From NCBI RefSeq assembly GCF_947077765.1, contig NZ_CAMTTF010000001.1, forward strand, positions 314,818 to 346,817: 32,000 nt of DNA, written 5' to 3'. This document shows, in pieces, positions 5,798 to 13,831 of this stretch. The position numbers and the translations under genes are program-made. Source of the stretch: Salinibacter grassmerensis (GTDB taxonomy: Bacteria > Bacteroidota > Rhodothermia > Rhodothermales > Salinibacteraceae). Position 1 is the stretch's first letter; each line of letters begins with the position of its first letter. The notes below the pieces were generated by a model. It was not told the DNA's origin and made no database searches. It worked only from the letters and a program-made list of their open reading frames with translations.

Positions 5798-8410
5798 ATG
5801 ATGGAAACGTCAGGTCATCCGTGGGTCGTCTGTAAATTTGGGGGCACGAGTGTGTCGAGCCGGGCCCGGTGGGACACAATTGCCGAGGTGGTGCGCACGC
5901 ACCGCATGGAGGGGCGCGCGCCCTTCCTCGTCTGTTCGGCCCTGCAGGGCATCTCGGATCAGCTGGAGGCGCTGTGCGCACAGCTGGCGTCCGCCGATCC
6001 CGGTGCCCCGGAGTCGACGCTCGCCACCATTCGAGAGCGGCACCGGGCACTGGGGCAGGACCTCGGCGTGGACGCCGAGGCGGTGCTGTCGGACGAGTTT
6101 GCACGGCTGGAGCAGTGGGTCGATGAGATTCAGGCGACCGACGGGCCGTCGCCCCGGCAGCGGGCCGCCGTCCTGGCCACGGGCGAGTTGCTGTCGACCC
6201 GCCTCGGCGCGGCGTACCTGTCGGCGCAGGGGCTGCCGACAGAGTGGCTTGACGCGCGCGAGTTCTTGCGGGCCACCGACGATCCGCACCTGCCGCCGGG
6301 GCGTCAGTACCTGGCCGCAAACTGCACGTCGCACGCCGACCCGGGCCTCCAGGCCCACCTCGCCGACGCCCCGGAGACCGTCTACCTCACGCAGGGCTTC
6401 ATCGCGAGCAACGCCCTCGACGAGACCGTTCTGCTCGGGCGGGGCGGCTCAGACACGTCGGCGGCCCACTTTGCGGCCAAGCTGGAGGCCGAGCGGACCG
6501 AGGTGTGGACCGACGTGCCGGGCCTCTTCACGGCGAACCCGAGCGAGGTGCCGTCGGGGCGCCTGCTGCGCCGCCTGGACTACGACGAGGCCCAGGAGCT
6601 GGCGACGATGGGCGCGCGGGTGCTGCATCCCCGGTGTCTCGACCCGGCCCGGCGCCACCAGATCCCGCTCCACGTCCGCAGCACCGAGGCCCCGTCCCTC
6701 GACGGCACGATCGTGAGTGGCGAGGGGCCCGACGTGGGACCGCAGGTGAAGGCCATCTCGGCCAAGACCGACATCACGGCCGTCAGCATGGACACGCTGG
6801 GCATGTGGCAGGAGGTGGGCTTCCTGGCCGATGTCTTCCAGGTGTTTAAGCACCACGGCCTGTCCGTCGACCTGATGGCCACGTCGGAGTCGAACGTGAC
6901 GGTGACGCTCGACCCGGTCGCTAATGCCCTTGATCCGGACATCCTCGACCGGCTGCTGCACGACCTGAACCGATACTGCGACGCCGAGCTGATCGACCCG
7001 TGCGCCATCGTAAGCCTCGTGGGGCGCCACATCCGCTCCCTGCTGAGCGAGCTGGGCCCGGCGTTCGAGGTGTTCGATGAGCAGAAGGTCCACCTCGTCA
7101 CCCAGGCCGCGAGTGACCTCAACATGAGCTTCGTGGTGGACGAGGACCAGGCCTCACGCCTCGTCCGCGAGCTGCACGCGCAGTTCTTTGGGCATCGGGC
7201 GTCGGACGCCGTCTTTGGGCCGCGGTGGCAGGAGCTGGTTGAGGACGGTTCCCCCGAGGAAGCGCCGGACACGTGGTGGCGGGAGCGCCGCGAGGACCTG
7301 CTGCGCCTGGCCGACGACGAGTCGCCCCGTTACGTCTACGACCCGGAGGTGGTGACGGCCCGCAGCGACGAGGTGCAGGGACTCGGCCCAATCGACCAGT
7401 CGTTCTACGCCGTGAAGGCCAACCCGCACCCCGAGGTGCTCCGCCTACTGGAGCGGCGGGGCCTCGGCTTCGAGTGCGTCTCCCCCGGCGAGTTGGATCG
7501 CGTCTTTGAGGCGTGCCCGGGCCTCGATCCGGCGCGCGTCCTGTTCCAGCCGAATTTTGCGGCCCCCGACGAGTACGCCGACGCATTCGAGCGCGGTGTG
7601 CACGTGACGGTCGATAACGTGCAGCCCCTGGCCGAGCACCCGGACGTGTTTGCGGGGGAGGAGTTGTTCGTGCGGGTGGACCCGGGGCAGGGCGAGGGCC
7701 ATCACCGAAAGGTGCGCACGGCGGGGGCCCAGTCGAAGTTTGGGGTCGTCCCCGAAGACCTAGAGCGGCTGCGTGCGGCGGTCGATCAGGCCGGGGCCAC
7801 CGTCGTCGGCCTGCACGCGCACGTCGGGAGCGGCATCACGGACGAGAGCACATGGGCCGGCCTCGTGGACCTGCTGGCCAGCCTCGCCGCCGAGTTCCCC
7901 GCCGTCCGTGCGCTCAACGTCGGGGGCGGACTGGGCGTGCCGAACGCCTCGGGCGGTCGTCCGCTCGACCTCGACACCCTCGACGACGTCCTGACGGAGG
8001 CCGCCGACCGACACCCGCAGTACGACCTCTGGATGGAGCCGGGCCGCTACCTGGTGGCGGAGGCCGGCGTGCTGCTGGCCCGCGTCACGCAGACGAAAAC
8101 GAAGGACGCGGCGGCGTACGTGGGGCTCGACACGGGCATGAACAGCCTTCTGCGCCCGGCCCTCTACGGCGCCCACCACGAGATCGTCAACCTCAGCCGC
8201 CTCGACGAGTCGCCCGCAATGACGGCGGACGTGGTGGGGCCGGTCTGTGAGACCGGCGACGTGCTGGGCCACGACCGCCGCCTGCCGCCCACGGAGCCGG
8301 GCGACACGCTGCTCGTGGCGACGACGGGGGCCTACGGGGCCAGCATGAGCAATCGGTACAACCTGCGCGAGCCCGCCCCCGAGATCATGCTCGCCCCCGA
8401 ACCGGCGTGA
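5798..8410 (+). CDS. lysC/lysA: Bifunctional aspartate kinase / diaminopimelate decarboxylase (LysC-LysA fusion)
   Basis: The N-terminal half has VVCKFGGTSVSS (aspartokinase signature), LGRGGSDTSAA, and ACT-like repeats. The C-terminal half from about aa 540 has PRYVYDPEVV...FYAVKANPHPEVLRLL (PLP-lysine motif of Orn/DAP/Arg decarboxylases), HVGSGI, EPGRYLVAEAG and CETGDVL. The start is ATG 5798, preceded by GGAAGGAATTGGAGC. Confidence 0.9.
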   Translation: MMETSGHPWVVCKFGGTSVSSRARWDTIAEVVRTHRMEGRAPFLVCSALQGISDQLEALCAQLASADPGAPESTLATIRERHRALGQDLGVDAEAVLSDEFARLEQWVDEIQATDGPSPRQRAAVLATGELLSTRLGAAYLSAQGLPTEWLDAREFLRATDDPHLPPGRQYLAANCTSHADPGLQAHLADAPETVYLTQGFIASNALDETVLLGRGGSDTSAAHFAAKLEAERTEVWTDVPGLFTANPSEVPSGRLLRRLDYDEAQELATMGARVLHPRCLDPARRHQIPLHVRSTEAPSLDGTIVSGEGPDVGPQVKAISAKTDITAVSMDTLGMWQEVGFLADVFQVFKHHGLSVDLMATSESNVTVTLDPVANALDPDILDRLLHDLNRYCDAELIDPCAIVSLVGRHIRSLLSELGPAFEVFDEQKVHLVTQAASDLNMSFVVDEDQASRLVRELHAQFFGHRASDAVFGPRWQELVEDGSPEEAPDTWWRERREDLLRLADDESPRYVYDPEVVTARSDEVQGLGPIDQSFYAVKANPHPEVLRLLERRGLGFECVSPGELDRVFEACPGLDPARVLFQPNFAAPDEYADAFERGVHVTVDNVQPLAEHPDVFAGEELFVRVDPGQGEGHHRKVRTAGAQSKFGVVPEDLERLRAAVDQAGATVVGLHAHVGSGITDESTWAGLVDLLASLAAEFPAVRALNVGGGLGVPNASGGRPLDLDTLDDVLTEAADRHPQYDLWMEPGRYLVAEAGVLLARVTQTKTKDAAAYVGLDTGMNSLLRPALYGAHHEIVNLSRLDESPAMTADVVGPVCETGDVLGHDRRLPPTEPGDTLLVATTGAYGASMSNRYNLREPAPEIMLAPEPA

Positions 8411-8429
8411 CCTTCCGTGGAAGGGCCCT

Positions 8430-8449
8430 GCGGCATTTCGGAATGCCGC
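8430..8449 (+). terminator. GC-rich hairpin 20 nt after the lysC-lysA stop. It is a possible terminator but has no clear U-tract
   Basis: GCGGCATT (8430-8437), loop TCGG, AATGCCGC (8442-8449). The following sequence, GCCGCGAGGGG, is not T-rich. Confidence 0.25.
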
Positions 8450-9070
8450 GCCGCGAGGGGGAAGAGATAAGCATGTCGCTCTTCTGCGTCGTTCCCGTGA
8501 AAACCGCCCCGTCGCACCGTCCACGTTCTGCGCTAGAGCGCACCCGGAAAGTCGGCAGGACGGTCCGACCGACTGTCCCGGTTTCCCCTCTGTGAAGAAG
8601 TGAACGCGGCCCGTCCGATCCACGCCCCATACCTCATCGGTACCGGCTTCTCGATCGGGGGCAATTTTTCTTCCACCTCGTCCCAGTCATTCGGGGTGCT
8701 CACCCCCTCGACACAGAGTCACGGGGCAGGTGCTGTCGGGTCCCCTGTCTTTTCCATCCCCCCACGTCGGCTGTCGAGTCGCGTCTCAGTCTGCTTTTGC
8801 TGGCGAGAGCGCTGGTTCTTACGCGGTCGCAAGACAGCCCGGCCTCGGGTTGGTATCGACTGTGACCGGACCGGTGACAGTCTCCTGCTGCGGCTGCTAA
8901 CACTCTCTCGCACAAGTGCCGGTGGCGGCGGGCACAACATTCGGGGGGCTTTCGAAACAGTGACCGGCATGAAAGCAAATGGTGAAGATGGAGGGCCTTC
9001 TTCAGCTAGAGATCTGACGAGGACGTCTGCCTTTTGGGGCCTGGCCCTTTCCTCTATCGCTGCTGTTTCG

Positions 9071-9113
9071 CATATTAGAAAAATAAGCCGGCTACGGACC
9101 ACGTCGTAGCGGC
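9071..9113 (-). terminator. Orphan intrinsic-terminator-like structure that reads correctly only on the minus strand
   Basis: The minus-strand transcript would be GCC-GCTACG-ACGTGGTC-CGTAGC-C-GGC followed by TTATTTTTCTAATATG. The stem is 9087-9096/9105-9113 and the T-run corresponds to 9071-9086. There is no minus-strand gene upstream of it; it sits 35 nt before the + strand AIM24 start. Confidence 0.4.
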
Positions 9114-9147
9114 CCCTCACCTCCCAAGAATCAACACCGCAGGTCCA

Positions 9148-9915
9148 ATGAGCACCATCCGCACCGATGGCATCGACTACGACATTCTGGGCGACGACAT
9201 GCAGCTCGTGGAGGTCGAGCTCGACCCCCGAGAAGGCGTGCGTGCAGAGGCCGGCACCATGATCTACATGGACGACGGCGTCCGCATGCAGACCGACACC
9301 GGGGGCGGCCTCTTCAAAGGCTTCAAGCGGATGGTGTCCGGTGAGAGCTTCTTCATCACCACGTTCGTCCACGAGGGGCAGGGCAAGAGCCACGTGGCCT
9401 TTGCGGCCCCGTACCCCGGCAAGATTATCCCCGTCCAGCTCGACGACTTCGGGGGCGAGTTTTTGTGCCAGAAGGACGCGTTCCTCTGTGCCAACGCCAA
9501 CGTCGAGATCGAGGTGGCCTTCACCAAGCGCTTGGGGGCAGGCCTCTTTGGGGGCGAGGGATTCATCCTGCAGCGCCTCACGGGGCAGGGCTGGACCTTC
9601 ATCCACGCCGGCGGGACCGTCGTCGAGCGCACGCTCGAGGCCGGGGAGACGTTGCGGATCGATACCGGCTGTCTCGCGGCGTTTTCCAGCAGTGTCGACT
9701 ACGACATCGAGTTCGTGGGCGGCTTCAAGAACGCACTCTTTGGCGGTGAAGGCCTCTTCCTGACCACGCTCACCGGGCCCGGCACCGTGTACCTGCAGAG
9801 CCTTCCGTTCTCCCGCCTCGCTGACCGCATTGTGGCCGGCGAGCTTGCGAACCGGGGAGAGAGTGAGGGGCCGGGTGGAACCGGCATCCTCGGCGACTTC
9901 ATCTCCGGCGACTAA
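9148..9915 (+). CDS. AIM24 / DUF124 (TIGR00266) family protein of unknown function
   Basis: 255 aa. The family-typical pattern is present: ..QLVEVELDPREGVRAEAGTMIYMD......GESFFITTF...G.....VAFAAPYPGKI.......FLCQKDAFLCA......GGEGFILQRLTG.G..F.HAGG......L..GE.LRIDTGCL.AF........GGEGLFLTTLTGPG.VYLQSLP. Confidence 0.85.
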   Translation: MSTIRTDGIDYDILGDDMQLVEVELDPREGVRAEAGTMIYMDDGVRMQTDTGGGLFKGFKRMVSGESFFITTFVHEGQGKSHVAFAAPYPGKIIPVQLDDFGGEFLCQKDAFLCANANVEIEVAFTKRLGAGLFGGEGFILQRLTGQGWTFIHAGGTVVERTLEAGETLRIDTGCLAAFSSSVDYDIEFVGGFKNALFGGEGLFLTTLTGPGTVYLQSLPFSRLADRIVAGELANRGESEGPGGTGILGDFISGD

Positions 9916-10227
9916 CAGGAGCCGACAGAACGCCTGATTGTATCCCTCCGGACCGGAGCACCACCGCTGGTCTTTCGGGGGAGCTGCGTCAGTCCTGAAG
10001 CGCCGATTCCGGATTGTTAATGGCAAAACGTCCGTTTTTAGGGTGGAGCGGAGGCGGAATGAGACGGAAACGAGGGTGCATGTTTGAAATATGTGTGCTG
10101 GTTTGTATTGTGGGGGCGCACCGATCCAACACTCCGTCCAGCACGCCTCCACCGCGCCATGTCGCTTTCGTGCAGTGCCGATGACCCGGACCAGCGCTCC
10201 GTCCCCCCCGATGTCGTCGTGACGGCC

Positions 10228-10641
10228 ATGCGCCCGGCCCACCCCACGCCGAGCCTGCGACAGCCCTTTTTTCTGACCCGGGTCGAGGCCGGCTTCCCGT
10301 CGCCCGCCTCCGACTACGTCGAAACCGAACTCGACCTGGCCGAGCACCTGATCGAGCACGAGGCGGCGACCTACTACCTCCGGGTGTCGGGGACGTCCAT
10401 GACCGGGGCGGGCATCCACGACGGGGACATTCTGGTGGTCGACCGGGCCGTGGAGCCGGCGGACGGGGACGTCGTGGTGGCCGCGCTCGATTCCGAGCTG
10501 ACCGTCAAGCGCCTTCGGGTGCGCAAGGAGCGGCTCTACCTCGTCCCCGAGAGCGGGCAGCACGATCCCATCCCGGTCCGGGACGGGCAGGAGCTGGTGG
10601 TGTGGGGCGTCGTGCAGCACGTGGTCCACGAGGTGTCGTGA
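10228..10641 (+). CDS. umuD: UmuD-like S24 peptidase (autoproteolytic subunit of translesion polymerase V)
   Basis: FFLTRVEAGFPSPASDYVETELDLAEHLIEHEAATYYLRVSGTSMTGAGIHDGDILVVDRA...GDVVVAALDSELTVKRL aligns with E. coli UmuD ([53 protein letters not shown]...GDIVIAAVDGEFTVKKL). The Ala-Gly cleavage site, the Ser (GTSM) and the Lys (TVKRL) are all present. There is no HTH domain. The start is chosen at ATG 10228 by length comparison with UmuD; ATG 10159 is also possible. Confidence 0.85.
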   Translation: MRPAHPTPSLRQPFFLTRVEAGFPSPASDYVETELDLAEHLIEHEAATYYLRVSGTSMTGAGIHDGDILVVDRAVEPADGDVVVAALDSELTVKRLRVRKERLYLVPESGQHDPIPVRDGQELVVWGVVQHVVHEVS

Positions 10642-10674
10642 GGGTTCTCTACGCCTTCGTGCACCGCCCCGTTT

Positions 10675-11973
10675 ATGTTGCCCCTCGTGCCCGTGGATCC
10701 CGTCATTGCTCTCATCGACTGCCAGGCCTTCTACGTCAGTTGCGAGCGCGTCTTCGACCCCGCGCTCCGCGACCGCCCCACCGTCGTGCTGTCGAACAAC
10801 GACGGCTGCATCATCGCCCGCTCCGCGGCGGTAAAGGCGGCGGGCGTGCCGATGGGCGCGCCGGTGTCCAAGTGGCGGGATGAGCTGGAGGCGATGGACG
10901 CGGCGGTCCTCTCGAGCAACTACGCGCTCTACGCCGACCTAAGCCGTCGCGTGACCGCGGTGCTCGAGACGATGTGCATCGACCTGGAGCGGTACTCCAT
11001 CGACGAGTGCTTCGTGACGCTGCCCGCCCTCGACCGTGACGCCCTCCGGACGCTGGGCGAGCGCATCCGTCGTCGGGTACGGGACTGGGTGGGAATCCCG
11101 GTGCGCGTGGCGATCGGCCCCACCAAGTCGCTCGCCAAGATCGCGGACGAGAAGGCCAAGGCTGAAAAGCGGGCGGGCGACGGGACGGGGGTCTACGTGT
11201 GCCCGCCGGAGCCGGACCTCGACGTGCTGCTCTACCGCACCGACGTGGGGGACGTGTGGGGCATCGGGCCGAGCTACGAGGCGACGCTGCGCGAGCACGG
11301 GGTCGCTACGGCGGCGGAATTCCGGGCGCTGCCGGATCCGTGGATCCGGTCGAAGATGACAGTGGTGGGGCTGCGCCTCGCCCGCGAGCTGCGGGGGCAC
11401 CAGTGTCTCGACCTGGACCTCGTAGGGCCCGACCGCCAGTCCCTCGTCCGGTCGCGCTCGTTCGGCTCGCCCGTGGAGGCGAAGGCGGAGCTTCGACAGG
11501 CCCTCGCTAAGCATGCGCAGCGGGCCGCGGAGAAGCTGCGGGAGGAAGACCTCGTGGCGCGGGGGATCGGCGCGTTTATCACCACCAAGACGCACGGGCC
11601 ACCGCCCCACTACGCAAATGAAGCCCAGGCCACGCTCGACGAGCACACTGCGGCGGCTCCGCCCTTCGTCCGGTCCTCCCGCCGTCTTCTGGACGCCATC
11701 TACCAGGCGGGCCCGGCCTACCGGAAGGCCGGCGTGATGCTGTACGCGATCCGGCCCCGGCGCCCCCATCAGGGCAGCCTGTTCGGCCGTCCCGTTCAGG
11801 ATGACGAGGCCCTCATGCAGGCCGTGGACCAGATCAACGGCACGATGGGGCGGGGCACCATCGGGGTCGCGGCGGCGGGGCTGCTGGGCGACCGCGACTG
11901 GACCATGACGCGCGACAACACCTCCCAGCACTACACGACCCGATGGGATGAACTGCCGGTGGCGAGGGCGTGA
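10675..11973 (+). CDS. umuC: Y-family translesion DNA polymerase, UmuC-like (Pol V catalytic subunit)
   Basis: IALIDCQAFYVSCERVFDPALRDRPTVVLSNNDGCIIARSAAVKAAGVPMG corresponds to the E. coli UmuC N-terminus (FALCDVNAFYASCETVFRPDLWGKPVVVLSNNDGCVIARN). SIDECF and GIGP motifs are present. It lies 33 nt downstream of umuD on the same strand. Confidence 0.9.
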   Translation: MLPLVPVDPVIALIDCQAFYVSCERVFDPALRDRPTVVLSNNDGCIIARSAAVKAAGVPMGAPVSKWRDELEAMDAAVLSSNYALYADLSRRVTAVLETMCIDLERYSIDECFVTLPALDRDALRTLGERIRRRVRDWVGIPVRVAIGPTKSLAKIADEKAKAEKRAGDGTGVYVCPPEPDLDVLLYRTDVGDVWGIGPSYEATLREHGVATAAEFRALPDPWIRSKMTVVGLRLARELRGHQCLDLDLVGPDRQSLVRSRSFGSPVEAKAELRQALAKHAQRAAEKLREEDLVARGIGAFITTKTHGPPPHYANEAQATLDEHTAAAPPFVRSSRRLLDAIYQAGPAYRKAGVMLYAIRPRRPHQGSLFGRPVQDDEALMQAVDQINGTMGRGTIGVAAAGLLGDRDWTMTRDNTSQHYTTRWDELPVARA

Positions 11974-12126
11974 AGACACGGAGCTCCCGTGCCGTCCTCG
12001 GTGCCCCGCTCGTAGGGTGGAGGATGAATGGAAAACGGACCGGGCCGAGGAACGAGCGTACGGTGATGGTCCGTTGCCGCCCACCGATCATGCTGGACTG
12101 AACTTCCCGCCGAGCCGACAACACCC

Positions 12127-13773
12127 GTGGTCAACAACTACTACACCCTCCGCGCCCTCGTCCACGAATGGCACGCCGACCTGGAGGGCACGACGGTCCG
12201 GGACATCTACTCGCAGACGAAGAACGAGCTGACCGTCGCGCTGGCCATGGATGATCAGGACTGGATGGTGCGCGGCTCGGTGCAACGGCCGTTTCTGTAC
12301 CTGTTTCGCCGTCCGGGCTACCACAAGGCGCGTCGCAACGTAGCCACCCTCTTTGAGGGCGCCATCGGACGGGCGGTGACAGGGGTGTCCATCGCCCATC
12401 GAGACCGGCTCGTGTCCATCGAGCTGGACGGCGGGGGGCGGATTCTGTGGCAGCTCTTTGGGGCGCGGGCCAATGCCTTTCACGTCGCGCCTGACGACAC
12501 GATCGTCGCCGCCTTCCAGCGCCACGATGAGCTCGCCGGAACGAAGGCGCCCGAGCCGTACGCCGCCCCAATGCCGGATACGTTCGAGGCGTTCGAGGAC
12601 CGATGGAAAAACAACCGCAACAAGACGCGCCAGGCGGTCCAGTCGGCCGTGTCGCTCTTCGGGGGCGACCTGGCACGGGAGACGCTGCACCGGGCGGGCG
12701 TTACGAGTGAGGCGCCCGCGGACTGCACGGCGGCGGAGCGGCGGGCCCTCTTCGACGCGTCGATGACCCTCCGCGACGCCCTGACCGACCCGACCCCCGT
12801 AATCTACGGCGCGGGACAGTTCCCGGACGCCTTCTCACTGGTGCCGCTCCGGCACCGCGAGGAGACGCCCGCCGAGCGGTTCGACACAGTGGATGCCGCG
12901 GTGGCCGACTTCGTGCGGCGCACACTGGCCGAGCAGCACTTCCACCGTCTCTACGACCCACTGGAGGAGGCCCTCGAGTCGGCGGCCGAGCACGAACGCC
13001 GCAGCGCCGAGCGTATGGTGGAGGAGCTTCAGAGCGAGAGCCGGGCCGGGCGCTACGAGCGGTGGGGCCACCTCCTCATGGCCCAGCAGGACCAGGTGCC
13101 CGACGGGGCGGAGGAGGTGGAGCTGCCCAACCTGTTCGAGGACGGGGCGCCCGTCACCATCCCGGTCGATCCGTCCAAGTCGCCCGTCGAGAACGCAGAG
13201 CACTATTACGACCGCGCCCGGAGCACGCGGCGGTCGCGGGAGGAGGCGGAGGTCCGACTGGATGACACGATCGAGCGGGCCGAACGGGCTGAGGCCCTCC
13301 TCCACGACCTCCGAGAGATTGACACGCTCGACGGCATCAAGGACTTTCGGGACGAGCGGGAGGACGAGCTGTTGCCGTTCGTGGAGCGGGACGACGCGGA
13401 CGTGGACGACTTCCCGTTCCGCCGCTTCGACCTTGGGGAGGGCTTCGAGGTATGGGTCGGCAAAAACGCACGGCAGAACCACGACCTTACGTTCCACGCC
13501 AGCCAGCCCTACGACCTGTGGCTGCATGCGCGCGGCGTGCCGGGCGCCCACACCGTGCTCCACCGTCCGAACCGCGACGCCGAGCCCGGCAAGCGCCGCC
13601 GATACGTCGCCGCGGCCATCGCCGCCCACTACAGCAAGTCGAAAGGCAGCGACGTGGCCCCCGTCATGATCACCGAGCGCAAGTACGTCACCAGCCCGAC
13701 CGGCGCGGATCCCGGCGTGGTGCGCGTCGACCGCGAGGACGTGCTCATGGTGGAGCCGGGACTGCCGGAATGA
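12127..13773 (+). CDS. NFACT-family protein (RqcH / fibronectin-binding protein A-like) with an NFACT-N domain, a coiled-coil middle region and a DUF814/NFACT-R domain
   Basis: GTG start. N-terminus: YYTLRALVHEW...L.G..V..IYSQ.KNEL.V... followed by HRDRLVSIEL (the DR motif position). C-terminus: FEVWVGKNARQNHDLTFHASQPYDLWLHARGVPGAHTVL....AAAIAAHYSKSKGS..APVMIT..KYV, which is typical of DUF814. Confidence 0.8.
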   Translation: MVNNYYTLRALVHEWHADLEGTTVRDIYSQTKNELTVALAMDDQDWMVRGSVQRPFLYLFRRPGYHKARRNVATLFEGAIGRAVTGVSIAHRDRLVSIELDGGGRILWQLFGARANAFHVAPDDTIVAAFQRHDELAGTKAPEPYAAPMPDTFEAFEDRWKNNRNKTRQAVQSAVSLFGGDLARETLHRAGVTSEAPADCTAAERRALFDASMTLRDALTDPTPVIYGAGQFPDAFSLVPLRHREETPAERFDTVDAAVADFVRRTLAEQHFHRLYDPLEEALESAAEHERRSAERMVEELQSESRAGRYERWGHLLMAQQDQVPDGAEEVELPNLFEDGAPVTIPVDPSKSPVENAEHYYDRARSTRRSREEAEVRLDDTIERAERAEALLHDLREIDTLDGIKDFRDEREDELLPFVERDDADVDDFPFRRFDLGEGFEVWVGKNARQNHDLTFHASQPYDLWLHARGVPGAHTVLHRPNRDAEPGKRRRYVAAAIAAHYSKSKGSDVAPVMITERKYVTSPTGADPGVVRVDREDVLMVEPGLPE

Positions 13774-13831
13774 CGCACGGAGCGCAACACGGGATTCTTG
13801 TCCTGGCCCCTCACGCGCCACGCCTCATGAA

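Noticed and set aside
8600-9109. 169-aa + strand ORF in the lysA-AIM24 spacer
   Set aside because: The composition is Ser/Arg/Gly-rich with weak GC3 bias. I saw no motif, signal peptide or TM pattern. It is treated as non-coding; see the finding on 8411-9147.
8719-10629. 636-aa ORF on the minus strand
   Set aside because: It runs antisense across two genes with clear family signatures (AIM24 at 9148-9915 and umuD). Its translation is Arg/Gly/Pro/Ala-rich with no motifs. This is the typical stop-codon-poor shadow frame of a GC-rich genome.
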